This document shows positions 27,900 to 40,560 of a stretch of 64,000 nucleotides of DNA, piece by piece. The notes beneath the pieces are model-generated. The model made no database searches, was not told the DNA's origin, and saw only the letters and a program-made list of their open reading frames with translations. The translations under genes and the position numbers were made by a program. Source of the DNA: Octopus vulgaris (lineage: Eukaryota); contig OX597822.1 in NCBI GenBank assembly GCA_951406725.2, positions 3,534,001-3,598,000 on the forward strand. The letters run 5' to 3'. The number at the start of each line of letters is the position of its first letter. Within the stretch, counting starts at the first letter, position 1.

Positions 27900-29400
27900 A
27901 TAGAATTAAAATCGATAGAAAATCAACTTCCCATGTAGCCAGGAAAATTTAATTTTATAATAGCCACAGCAATATGGAAAGGTAAAGCTGACCATTATAG
28001 ATCTCGGCAAACAGTTGCCAATTTCAATATTACAGGGAGAAATCAAATAATCTATGCTGTAGTAGTAGCAGTGACAAAGGAAAAAAGAAAGGAGGCATTG
28101 CTTCCAAATCTGTCTTATAGAAGATATCTCTGAGTCCGAGTAAACAAAAGGGAGAACAAGCATACAGGGATACGAAGAAGATATAATAAAAAATCTTGCC
28201 GTCCTTAATGATATCAACATCAATAAAAGAAACCATATACAAGTAGGGAATGACATCAAGAAACCACGTAGACAAACATATCAATTAACACACACACACA
28301 ATGAACAACCGATACCAAAGAATGATTAATACAACAGATTTGCATAAAATCCTAAAGGTACTGTAATGTAATTCTACATTCTAAAAAAATACCTCGATTT
28401 TGATCCCCAAAAGATTTTACGAACTAGATAGAGACAATGCAGAAAGGAACTCTTAGAAGGCGCATAGCCGAGAGGCTAGCGCTATTTAGCTCAACATCAT
28501 TTCTTGTGATTTCGATTCCCCTATCGGACGATCTGTTGTGTTTGAAGAATGCACTTCATTTTCACCTAACTTTAGTTCATTCGGGTGGCGGTATGGTTAT
28601 ACATCTGTGGTTATACATTTGCCGTCCGTTGTGTAATAGAGAAATTATATTCTGTTACTAGCTTGAGTTCGAAAGAAACTGGATAAGACATAGGAACCAA
28701 TAGAGTGCCAATAGCAGGAGAAATGGGAACTTTCTAACGATGATGTGCCAAAGCTGAGAATGGCCACATGAAAAATCGGGAAAAGAAATAACAATCCGAT
28801 ATCAAGACCAGAGAATACCGAATATGTAAAACTGGAATTGACATGAAAAGAATAAAGATTCAAACGTCTATCAAAAATTAACTTACAGGGTACATGAATT
28901 GGTGAATAGTTGAAAACATATGAAGAAATCTAGAAGTCAGTTTGTTCGCTGAGATGATGAACCACCTTAATCACAAAGACCATAGTATTTTTATCCATCT
29001 GCAGGGATTACAAGTAGCTTTAGCTGTAATATATAATCGCGAAGGCGAGAGGATTATCTAGAAACATGGGCATAGCAGTATAGAATTATAAAGGGATATC
29101 GCATCAGTACAGAAGGATGTAAATATCAGTTACTTATCAACAAATGCAGGAGTAAAGAGCGTAGAATGGAAAAGAAGGACCTAGGTGTAACATTGATTAA
29201 TTACTAATATTTACTATCAGTAAATTCTGTTATATAAGGTGGAGGCAAGATCAAACGAATGATAAATATATGGTAAACAAACCTACAGATATAAATGAAG
29301 GAGAGAATTAAATATACAAAGCCTATTCTTAATAGAAAAATTATTGCAATGAATTTCCCTTCTATCTTTCTCTTTGGCTTTGGAGTCATTTAACAAAATG
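27900..29400 (+). pseudogene. Heavily degraded LINE (CR1/L2-like) relic
   Basis: A-rich sense bias and a KDLGV-like motif (aaggacctaggtgtaaca, ~29175) typical of the CR1 RT C-terminus; no long frame. Confidence 0.35.
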
Positions 29401-29596
29401 CTAAACCAGGCTGTTGCGATATAAAATTGTCTATAGAATGATACTTAATACGTCTTCGTCAGAACGACTACGAAACCATCATTTCTTTTTACATGGAAAC
29501 TTACAAGATGTGCACCGCAAATGATAACCTTCAGAAAGTCGTGAAAGCAAATAAAAAAGAAAATACAGAAAACTCTAATACTTTGTTAGATAAAGA

Positions 29597-30014
29597 GGAT
29601 CTTTTCGGTTTGAACGGCAGTTTTTAATATAATTTCTAGGTAACTAAAAATTTTAAACTTCGTATACTGGTAGAATGTGTATATAAAACATCTTTTTCTC
29701 TTGGCTTTATTGAGAGAATTCTATACATTGTAAGATATTTGTTGTTTTTTTTCTTCAATTTCTGCAATTTCAACCAATCACTGACGTCTATTGAAGTAAA
29801 AAAAAACATTCTGTGCCTTATGAATATGTCCCTCGTTTAAGAAACAGATTGGGTTTATTTACATTTGTGAAGAAAAAAAGATACCCTTCCCCCACCCCTA
29901 ACCCTAACCCTAAAAGAGATTGAGATGCAATAGATCGATTCTAGGGTCATAATTGTGTGTGACAATTTCATATGACACCGCTAGAAAAAACTGCCGTTCA
30001 AACCGAAAAGATCC
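29597..30014 (+). mobile_element. Second Merlin-like MITE copy
   Basis: Same TIRs and body as 24752-25193; 8-bp TSD gataaaga/aataaaga; about 3 CCCTAA units. Confidence 0.88.
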
Positions 30015-30137
30015 AATAAAGAAAGCGATAAGAAAAATGGCTGAATCACTGTCTTAGATTTACTTATATATAAATTAACTAAACAGAGCACAAGACAGTC
30101 AAATGAAGGACATTTTTAAGGACTAATATACATGCGT

Positions 30138-30410
30138 GGAGGCACATGGCCTAGTGGTTAGAGCAACGGACTCGAGGTCGAGGGATCGCGGGTTCGAATC
30201 TCAGACCGCGGCTCCGGCAGAGGGTAATGGCGAACTCCTGCTGACTCTTTCGCCACAACTTTCTCTCACTCTTTCCTCCTGCATCTTGCAGCTAACCTAC
30301 GACGGACTGGCATCTCGACCAGGTGGGGAACCTATACACCAAGGAAGCCGGGAAACCGGCCCTTACGAGCCAGGCATGGCTCGAGAGGAAACAAACAAAC
30401 CGAAATAAAT
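30138..30410 (+). mobile_element. SINE family B variant, tail type 2-like
   Basis: ggaggcacatggcctagtggttagagc...gggttcgaatc (B box); gacggactggcatctcgaccagg; (aaac)n end. Confidence 0.8.
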
Positions 30411-30676
30411 CGCATAATAATAGATGCATTTGGATTTTAATGCACTTACAAAGAAATACCCCAAACCAGGATTTAAGTCCCAACAAAGACAACATTACAA
30501 TCACATTTATGGCACCTGTATTAATTTGAATACAAAGGAGTTATTGTTATTGCGGTGGAGGGGGTGACGCTGGTTGTGGCCGTGGCGGTGGCAGTGATGG
30601 TATTGGTGGTGATGTATTTACCTTAGTTTTAATGAGAAACATTAAATAGGTAACTGCTACTGAATTGCCGTTTTTC

Positions 30677-31040
30677 TGGCCGAACATTCAAAAGACATGT
30701 TTCACCTTTAAAAGATTTCTCAACCGGAATTAGCGTGACATTGTCTAACATAGTTGTAATTCTATAATTAAATGTACTATCTACACTCCGGGTTTCAATA
30801 CAGTTTCCGTCTACTCTATTTCACTCACAAGTGTTGGTCAACCCTAGGTTACAGGAATCGAGATTTGGCCAAGACCATTCTGTGGTCTTGGTGAAATCTC
30901 AATTTCTGTATAACAATACTCCTATCCGAGGCATAGAGACCTGTTCTTGATAATTTCTGTTATTCAGTTAGCAGGGAAGACTGAACCTATGTCCCTTTAC
31001 AGAATTTATGAAACCGAGAGAAAGATGGAGTAATCTGCGT
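30677..31040. repeat. ~360-bp segment duplicated in inverted orientation at 43877-44240
   Basis: Collinear reverse-complement match with scattered substitutions. Confidence 0.92.
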
Positions 31041-32338
31041 TCAAATCATAGCCTGGATCCGAATTTACAACTAAGTGGACATTGATAACAGTGCCTAAGA
31101 TGTCAGGTAGCGGTGTTTAGCCGGACAACGTGTTAAAATATCTATGAAAGAGGCAACGGTTGCATCTGGTCTATCATTCTTACAATATCAGCAATCCACT
31201 TTCTTTGAATGCTACTTAAAAGGATGAAAGGTGGTTTCGATTGCAGATCGTCAGTAAAGAAAGGTACGAAGCATACTATCTGAAAGAAATAATAATTTCT
31301 TTGTTAACACTGAATGTTTTAATGATGCAGGAATTAGATTGCGTGGCAAAGAAAATATACAAATGTGTATGTGCTTGTGTGCGTGGGTGTTTTCGCGAGC
31401 GGCGTATCTATTATTATAAATAAAGCTACTTATTAATTAGTTGTGAGTGTGTAACTAGAAGAAAGAAATTATTAATTTGACTAAAATGTTCTTATAAATT
31501 CTAATTTTAATATATATTTTTTGCAAATGTGGTGATGAAAGTCTTTTTATTATCGAGGGTTTGAACTACAGAAAACTAATTTTAATTCCCAACGGGACAG
31601 AATTTCTAACACAGAGTTCTCTCTCTATTTTCTCTCTCTTTCTCAGGCACTTCTTGTCGCTATTTTCTACGGAAATATCAATAAAATTCTTTCTACAAAT
31701 TGCGAGTTCATGACAGCGTCCCAAAAATTTTTTTCATTCCATTTTACTTTTCTATTTCTTGCGTATTTTTGAAGAAATAGAAAACTGAAGAAAATTGGTT
31801 TTCATTTACTGTACCAAATGTAAAATTGTCTCATTTTCTTTTAACCAAAATATTTGATTATTGCGCAGAATGTTTATAAAATAACCATTATTGGAGATGT
31901 TATAGCACATAAGGACTACTGCTATATGTATCCCATAATTAATTTATTTAATTAGATCTGCACTGTTCGTGTTATGGAAGTTTATATGATGATCAAGAAT
32001 TAAAAAAATATCATGTCCTATCTCTGTACATCTGTAGTCGTGTGTCTATGTTGGTCATTAATAGCATCGTTGTGCAACTAATGGTACCCTTACAATACCA
32101 AGTGACCTGTCTTGACCAGTAGCACCCTATTTTCTGGTAACCATCTTCGACTTCCTGTATTTCTCCGTTCGGTAATCTAAAACCTGAAAGAGACGTGCTC
32201 CAGTTAGAGGCCAGTGATAATTTAAGACGCTAGAGCCGAATCAATCTGTTTTAAATAACACACATACTCACTCACCTCACACACACTGTCACACACACAC
32301 TCACCTCACACACACTCACACACGCACACACATATATG

Positions 32339-32387
<49 letters not shown>

Positions 32388-32440
32388 TTGTGTGTGTGTG
32401 TATGTATGTATGTATGCATGTATGTACGTATGTATGTACA

Positions 32441-32610
32441 TAGTTGAAATTTATAGAAAAACAAAGGACGAAGAAAGGTATATAAACAACAGACACGTGT
32501 ATTAGTTTAACGTTCCGGAAGGTGAGAAAGTCTTTTACGTTTCGAGCCTACGCTCTTCAACAGAAAGTAACACGAAGAAATAAACAGAAAAAACAGAGTA
32601 ATAAAAAGCC
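32441..32610 (-). mobile_element. PLE pLTR-like fragment with hammerhead-like core (32532-32567)
   Basis: Reverse strand cttt-ctgttga-a-gagc-gtag-gctc-gaaacgta-aaag; same family as 54172-54361. Confidence 0.6.
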
Positions 32611-32771
32611 ATTTAAGAAAAGGCAGAAGATTAAAAAAAATTCAAAAAGGTTCAAACGTCGTGGTGTATTGGAGCGATTTTTCATCAACGAAAGAATCCA
32701 GGGAAATCCATATGTATATCCAATAGTAATCCGGGTGGAATGCTAGTGTGTAGATGAGGAGAATTGCAGTG

Positions 32772-32812
<41 letters not shown>

Positions 32813-32869
32813 ATGTGTGTGTGCGTGTGTGTGTGTGTATGTATATATATATATATGTACATATACATA

Positions 32870-33375
32870 CGTTTTTCTAATCCTTCAATCCTGCTGTCCC
32901 TTACCTGTCTCTCCTCCTCCCACGCGACCGGTGTCAGACCAGACGTAATCTTTCTTGGTCTACATTTCTTGTGTCCATCTCCCATGTTCCTGCCTTTAGG
33001 CTTTCACTTCATACACGCCAGCTCAATTTGATTCGTTCTCAGTCGAAAGACGGCTGTTGATATTTCTTGTTTGTATTCGTAATTCTGTACCATGTTCTCT
33101 GTTTTTTTTGCTTCTTTTTCGTCTTCGTTGCCGTACACATTTGCTAGCTTTCTTACAAAGGGATCTAATGATTTTAGCTTAGACATTTTTGCGGGCAACC
33201 AGGTCGAACCATTTCAAGTATATCTGCCCGAAATGGTCTGGGACTTGACTTATGAAAGAAAGCCAAGAATGACCCGTCTTCTTTTGCCTGTCCTTCTCAT
33301 TGGTGTTTCTCTTGCCCGCCCATGTATCGTCTATCTACCCGAAAGATCTAATGCCCTCCAATGCGTTTTTGTTCC

Positions 33376-33378
<3 letters not shown>
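32870..33378. repeat. Unclassified dispersed repeat between TA/TG tracts
   Basis: Non-microsatellite block ending in (TA)n; shares motifs with 1-175. Confidence 0.4.
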
Positions 33379-33416
<38 letters not shown>

Positions 33417-33429
33417 ATTATATAGAAGG

Positions 33430-33480
33430 AGCTTCTACAGGACTAGTACTGTTTCATTCAAGAGAAATCTTCAGGAAGCT
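33430..33480 (-). ncRNA. Type I hammerhead ribozyme (inverted copy)
   Basis: Exact reverse complement of 37715-37765. Confidence 0.82.
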
Positions 33481-33851
33481 ATTTAACAAGAATTGTATTA
33501 GCATTTATACATTTAGGCAGGTTTAAAGGAGTGGTGGTGGGGGACTTTTTGGGGGTAGGCATAGCGCAAAATATCATACTTGGGGGAGTGGTCAAGGAGT
33601 CAGTGGTAAGTTAGATGAAAGAATAGATAAATAAAAAAATAAAAAAATAAAAAATAAAAAAATAAAATAAAAATAAAAAATATAAAAAATATATATAAAA
33701 TATATATATAAAATATATATATAAAAAAATATATATATAAAAAAAGGGGGGATAGAGTTATAGGTAAATAAGGAGATTCTCACTTATACCTATACACACA
33801 TGTATACGTATCTACACACACATACATACATACACATATATATACACACAC

Positions 33852-33894
<43 letters not shown>

Positions 33895-34312
33895 CATATG
33901 TACACACATACATACATATCTACATACACACATACATACACCCGCCCACATATACAAATTTATACACATGCACATGCCTATACCTGTCTACACATACACA
34001 CACGTATATATGCATACACTCACTCCCATGCATGCACGCATACACACATGTATATATATATATATATATACCCACGACCACACATACATATATACACATA
34101 AAAATATATATTCATACGCACATACACTCATGCACACACAACACACCTAGTTCCCTATATACACATATTTACACCTATATATACATACACCCACATACAC
34201 CTATGTACACATATATATATATAAACATATACACGCATACATATATATACATGTGTGCACATACATACATACACACATATATACATACACATACACATAC
34301 ACATGTGTACCT

Positions 34313-34546
34313 ATCTGGTACCTTAAAAGGAACTCAATCCCCTTCAAGACCAAGTGGAAACTACTACAGAAGGCGCGCTCGTACACAGGAGGACATACCT
34401 GCTGTGACCTATGCATATCAGAGAGCCTAGAGATCTTGTTCGCCAAAGGCCCTCTCCTTAACAAATTTTCAGAACACTCCCCAAATTGCATGCATAAGAA
34501 GTATGCGAACTACAAGAACTATAGACCTACCCGGCAACCTGATTGA
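34313..34546 (+). pseudogene. PLE GIY-YIG endonuclease C-terminal fragment (Cys-rich tail)
   Basis: IWYLKRNSIPFKTKWKLLQKARSY...CDLCISESLEIL...LLNKFSE...CMH fits the IW.LK...W...Y...C.LC..E...LLN...E...C.H pattern of invertebrate PLE endonucleases; open to the stop codon. Confidence 0.8.
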
Positions 34547-34794
34547 TGACAACCCCCCCCACAACCCCCCCTACAAACCCCCTACAAACCCCCCCAACCC
34601 CACTGTTCCCCTAGCACCCCCGATTACCTTTTCTCCTAAGACCTTTCACATATTATATGTGCACGCTTGTATATGTGTATCGTATGTATGTATGTATATA
34701 TGTATAGAAATGCATGGGTACAGTAGGAATATACGCATGTATTATGTGTGTGTGTGTGTATGTATGCATGTAAAAATATATATGTATATATATT

Positions 34795-34837
<43 letters not shown>

Positions 34838-35206
34838 GCTTGTATGTGTGTGTGTGTGTATATGTGTATATGTGTTTGTATGTATATGTGTATATATGTA
34901 TATGCATATGTATGTGTAAATGTATGTGCTTATGTATGTGTATGTATGTATAAAATATTATATAATTAGGGCTTAGGAAAATAAAATAAATTACTTTGCC
35001 ACATACTAAACTTTCTAGAAATAGCAGCCAATAAAGTTTTTTAGCCTCTTCCACTACTTAGAGAATTTTTTTCCCTCTAACATTGTTTACTCAAAATAAT
35101 AATGGTCCCTTTACATACTGAACACTTGATGAAATTGATTAATAACTAATTAACTTTACCCTCCCTTGTTGATATATATATACATATGTATATGTGTACA
35201 TGTATG

Positions 35207-35237
<31 letters not shown>

Positions 35238-35497
35238 ATGTGTGTATGTATGTATTTGTATATGTGTGTGTGTATATGTATGTGTGCGCGTGTGTGTGTA
35301 TGTATGTGTATGTATACGTGTATATGTATATGCATGAATGTATATATATGTGTGTGTATATGTGTATTATGTATGTATTTATATAGATATGTAGTTTATA
35401 TATATATATATGTATGTATATGCATCTGTCTGTGTGTGTGTATGTGTATATATGTGTATCATTTTTGCGTATGTATACATGTATATGTGTATATGTA

Positions 35498-35544
<47 letters not shown>

Positions 35545-35745
35545 ATATATATGTATATATATATGTGTGCATACGTATGTGTATGTACATGTATATATGT
35601 ATGTGTGTATATGTATATATGTTTATATATGTGAGTATGTAGTGATATAAGTATATGCATGTGTATGTATGGGTATGTGTATCAGTGTATATGTATATAT
35701 GTATGTGTGTGTGTATGTATATGTATGTATATGTGTATATATGTA

Positions 35746-35780
<35 letters not shown>

Positions 35781-35849
35781 GTGTATATGTGTGTATGTAT
35801 GTGTATGTGTATGTATGTGTATATATATATATATATGTATATATATATG

Positions 35850-35885
<36 letters not shown>

Positions 35886-36381
35886 TATGAGTGCGTGTGT
35901 GTATGTATGCATATATGTATGTATGCATGTATATGTGTATGTATATATATGTGTGTAAGTGTGTGCATATATGTATTTGTAAGTATGTGTGCGCGTATGA
36001 GTATGTATGTATGCTTGCACACGTGTATATATATGTGTGTGTGTGTATATATATGGATGCGCGTGCGTGTGTGCACGTGTATGGGTACGCATGTATATGT
36101 GTATGTGCGTGTATGCGTATACGTGTATGTATGTATGTGTGTGCGTAGATTTGTATATGTATGTGTGAGTGTGTATATATATATATATATATATACATAT
36201 ATATAGATGGGTGTGTGTATGCGTATAAATGCATGTAAGTATGGATGTATGGATGTATGTATGTATGTATACGTATGTATGTGTGTATGTGTGTATGTAT
36301 ATATATATGTGTGTATATATGTTTGTGTATGTATATATATGTGTATGTATGTGTGTGTATATGTATGTGTGTATGTGTATG

Positions 36382-36423
<42 letters not shown>

Positions 36424-37298
36424 TATGTATCTGTATGTAGGAGTATATATGTGTGTGTGTGTATGTATATGTGGGTATATATATATATATGTATATTTAT
36501 TGGTGTATATGTATAGACTAGCCTCCTAAAGTGTAGACACGAATCTGTAGGTACGAGTACGTATGTGTATATACGTGAACGTATGTAGATGTTTGTATGT
36601 ATGAATATAACGCGTGCGTACGTGTATGTGTATGAGTGTACGAATGGGTGAATGTACGTGCTAATGAGTGTGCGTGCGGGAATGAGTACTTGCCTTCTAG
36701 TAGACAGACAAATGGACATGCAGCCATTGCCAGGATTCTTAGCCCTAGCGATCAAAGATAACAAAAGTAATAAATGAAGATAATAAAATTAAAATTAGGG
36801 AATGGGCCTGTATTGGATTGTATATATATATATGTATATGTATATTTGTATGTATGTATGTGTGTATGTGTAGGTATGTATAGGTACACATGTGTATGTG
36901 TATGTGTATGTATATATGTGTGTATGTATGTATGTGCACACATGTATATATATGTATGCGTGTATATGTTTATATATATATATGTGTACATAGGTGTATG
37001 TGGGTGTTGTATATATAGGTGTAAATATGTGTATATAGGGAACTAGGTGTGTTGTGTGTGCATGAGTGTATGTGCGTATGAATATATATTTTTATGTGTA
37101 TATATGTATGTGTGGTCGTGGGTATATATATATATATATATACATGTGTGTATGCGTGCATGCATGGGAGTGAGTGTATGCATATATACGTGTGTGTATG
37201 TGTAGACAGGTATAGGCATGTGCATGTGTATAAATTTGTATATGTGGGCGGGTGTATGTATGTGTGTATGTAGATATGTATGTATGTGTGTACATATG

Positions 37299-37341
<43 letters not shown>

Positions 37342-37714
37342 GTGTGTGTGTATATATATGTGTATGTATGTATGTGTGTGTAGATACGTATACATGTGTG
37401 TATAGGTATAAGTGAGAATCTCCTTATTTACCTATAACTCTATCCCCCCTTTTTTTATATATATATTTTTTTATATATATATTTTATATATATATTTTAT
37501 ATATATTTTTTATATTTTTTATTTTTATTTTATTTTTTTATTTTTTATTTTTTTATTTTTTTATTTATCTATTCTTTCATCTAACTTACCACTGACTCCT
37601 TGACCACTCCCCCAAGTATGATATTTTGCGCTATGCCTACCCCCAAAAAGTCCCCCACCACCACTCCTTTAAACCTGCCTAAATGTATAAATGCTAATAC
37701 AATTCTTGTTAAAT

Positions 37715-37765
37715 AGCTTCCTGAAGATTTCTCTTGAATGAAACAGTACTAGTCCTGTAGAAGCT
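37715..37765 (+). ncRNA. Type I hammerhead ribozyme
   Basis: Stem I agcttc/gaagct, core CUGAAGA, short stem II (ttc/gaa, closed by a U-U mismatch), GAA, stem III acag/ctgt with loop tactagtc, cleavage triplet GUA (cut after 37759). Confidence 0.82.
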
Positions 37766-37848
37766 CCTTCTATATAATAAATTAATTTTACTCTGCTATG
37801 TATTGAGTACCTTACTTACTGTGGTTAACCCCGAATCAACCCGGGACC

Positions 37849-37897
<49 letters not shown>

Positions 37898-37925
37898 AAA
37901 AACGCACATATATATATTTATATAT

Positions 37926-37937
37926 ATTATTATTATG

Positions 37938-37995
<58 letters not shown>
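37926..37995. repeat. (ATT)n microsatellite
   Basis: Read directly from the sequence. Confidence 0.95.
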
Positions 37996-37996
<1 letters not shown>

Positions 37997-38248
37997 AAAT
38001 TTGGGATTTTACCAATAGGACCACAACATCAATTTCAGGACAACCTTATTTATTGGAGTACACAGAGAAAATTATATCCAAAATACTGATCAAATCATAT
38101 ATGCATTTTAAAGCTTACTATAACATACAATAAGAATAAAGTGCATTAGAATTAATTATAGATTATTTAAACATATTTTTTGAAAATATATATATATACC
38201 TTACCTGTTATTAGTCTGTGAGGAAAGAAAATAACATTAATCAAGGCT

Positions 38249-38573
38249 TAAGGGCATCACAGACCTGTTGTCGCACCGCCTTCTGCGGTTTTCTGCCGCC
38301 CGCCACTCTAAGAGGTGCTGCGTTCACCAACCGACTTGCCCGGATGCGATGGCGTGCGGATCCCGGGGCCGCGCGGGCCGAGCCGACCGGGTCACTGTCA
38401 CCGCTCCTCAACCGACGCCGCAACCATGCCGCAACCGCCCTACGAGGGGGCGGCAGCCGGACGCGAAGGAGAGCCGAGGCAACCGCAAGTCCGGGCCGCG
38501 CGCAATGCTACCGACCACGGCTTCGGCGCCGCCTCGCTACCGGAAAAGCACTAAACGACGCACTAGTTAGCAT
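38249..38573 (-). pseudogene. Dispersed 18S rRNA gene fragment spanning an expanded GC-rich V7 region
   Basis: Reverse strand atgctaactagt...ctcttagag...caacaggtctgtgatgccctta matches conserved 18S segments flanking V7; the rest of the gene is absent. Confidence 0.88.
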
Positions 38574-38987
38574 ATATATATATCGACGGAAAAGTATTGC
38601 AGTGCAAATAATCAGTTACACAATCAGATGCATTTGAACCTTCAGCAAGTTTTTGAATATAATATTTTACTACATGTACAATTCAATATTCAGCTCACTG
38701 TCATGTAAAATTTCGATATCTTCTCATGTGTATATACACAACATACTGAGGAGGTTTACGTGACTAAGTCAACATTGCATCTGATTTCTTCATATATTCT
38801 AACAGTCTTGAATGCTTGCTGTTATTCTAAATCTATTTGTTGAGCGAAGGATTGTTGTTAAACAAATACAGGATACAAAAGGAAATTAGATGCAACATAT
38901 GAGAGAAAACATAGAAATTGGGAATCAGATGTGTAAATATTATTCAGCGACTCACAGAAAACCACCCGGAGGGTGTTGTTTCTGGAC

Positions 38988-39480
<493 letters not shown>

Positions 39481-39642
39481 TATCCTTTTGTCAATAAATA
39501 TGTAATTTGCATACTTCATTATTTCTCTCTTTCCTCTTGATTCTTTATTTCAATATGTTGGCCGTATCAACAAAACCCCTCTTGCTTGCAGTTTATGAAG
39601 TATCGCTGCGGTAAAATTTTACTAAAAGCCACTGATGTAACA

Positions 39643-39990
39643 CTTACTTGTACTTGTACTTGTCGTGACATTCACCCTGGACGGGTTGTGTCGGCTCCTT
39701 CTACCACTCTCGAGCCATCTCGAACCATGGCAGCCCACGCACGACGGTTCTGCGCCAGTTAACTAGAGATAGCGAGCTAGTCACGGTTCCATCGGCGCAG
39801 GCCGATCACCTGCAAACCCGTGAGCACGGAGAGGTCCTCCTTGATCGTCGTAGCTCAGGTCTTCAGCTGCCCGCCCGCACGTTTCCGCCAGTTGGGAAGT
39901 GGAGTTGGGAGAAGGACATCACGGCTCAGTTCACCCACCGGACGCCTACATGCAGGACCAAAACACCGCAAGTTACTATGAAGTAACATT
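39643..39990 (-). mobile_element. RTE-clade LINE 3' end
   Basis: LRCFG..RRPVGEL...NWRKRAGGQLKT*ATTIKEDL...LAQNRRAW, followed by a (CAAGTA)n tail. Confidence 0.85.
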
Positions 39991-40223
39991 TCAACAAAAG
40001 CCGTTGAATTCACGTTTTCGTTCGGTGTTGTTGAAGTGACACTTTCATCCAATGTCTCCCCAGTGGTCTTTCACACATTTTCGCAAAGATAATTTCATTA
40101 CACAGTTAATCTATTTTAGTTCTTCCTTATCTTCAGTCGTAATTAATATCACTTTATGTATAGACGCACACACCCACGCACACATTCACATACGTATGTG
40201 TATGTGTATTTATATATTGTTTG

Positions 40224-40277
<54 letters not shown>

Positions 40278-40370
40278 TGCTTGATGAGGATGGAATGTCA
40301 TAACTCTCTTATTCTATTTTCTACTCCGGTTGCCCTTATGACAAATATATCATATATTCTCACAGATAAA

Positions 40371-40522
40371 TAACTACTACTGTTACTACTACTACAACAA
40401 CAACTACTACTACTACTACAACTACTACTACTACAACTACAAGTACTACTACTACAACAACTACTACTACTACAAGTACTACCACTGCAACTACTACTAC
40501 TACTACTAAGTACTACTACTAC

Positions 40523-40558
<36 letters not shown>
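40371..40558. repeat. (ACT)n/(ACA)n then (AAT)n microsatellite
   Basis: Read directly from the sequence. Confidence 0.95.

Positions 40559-40560
<2 letters not shown>

Larger units (their letters stand above)
33414..37851 (+). mobile_element. 5'-truncated Penelope-like retroelement with inverted 5' arm, inserted in (TA)n
   Basis: 33414-34314 is a near-identical reverse complement of 36880-37781; GIY-YIG C-terminal relic at 34313-34546; hammerhead in each arm; ~70-bp unpaired 3' tail; (TA)n on both flanks. Confidence 0.85.

Noticed and set aside
24752-30014. Composite transposon formed by the two MITEs
   Set aside because: Each copy has its own, different 8-bp TSD, indicating independent insertions
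35166-36764. Long ORFs (up to 360 aa) rich in YI/CV/HT, here and throughout the window
   Set aside because: Translations of TA/TG/TATG microsatellites that lack stop codons; no domain content
38218-38637. GC-rich ORFs, possible CpG-island promoter or bacterial contamination
   Set aside because: Explained by an 18S rRNA V7 fragment on the minus strand
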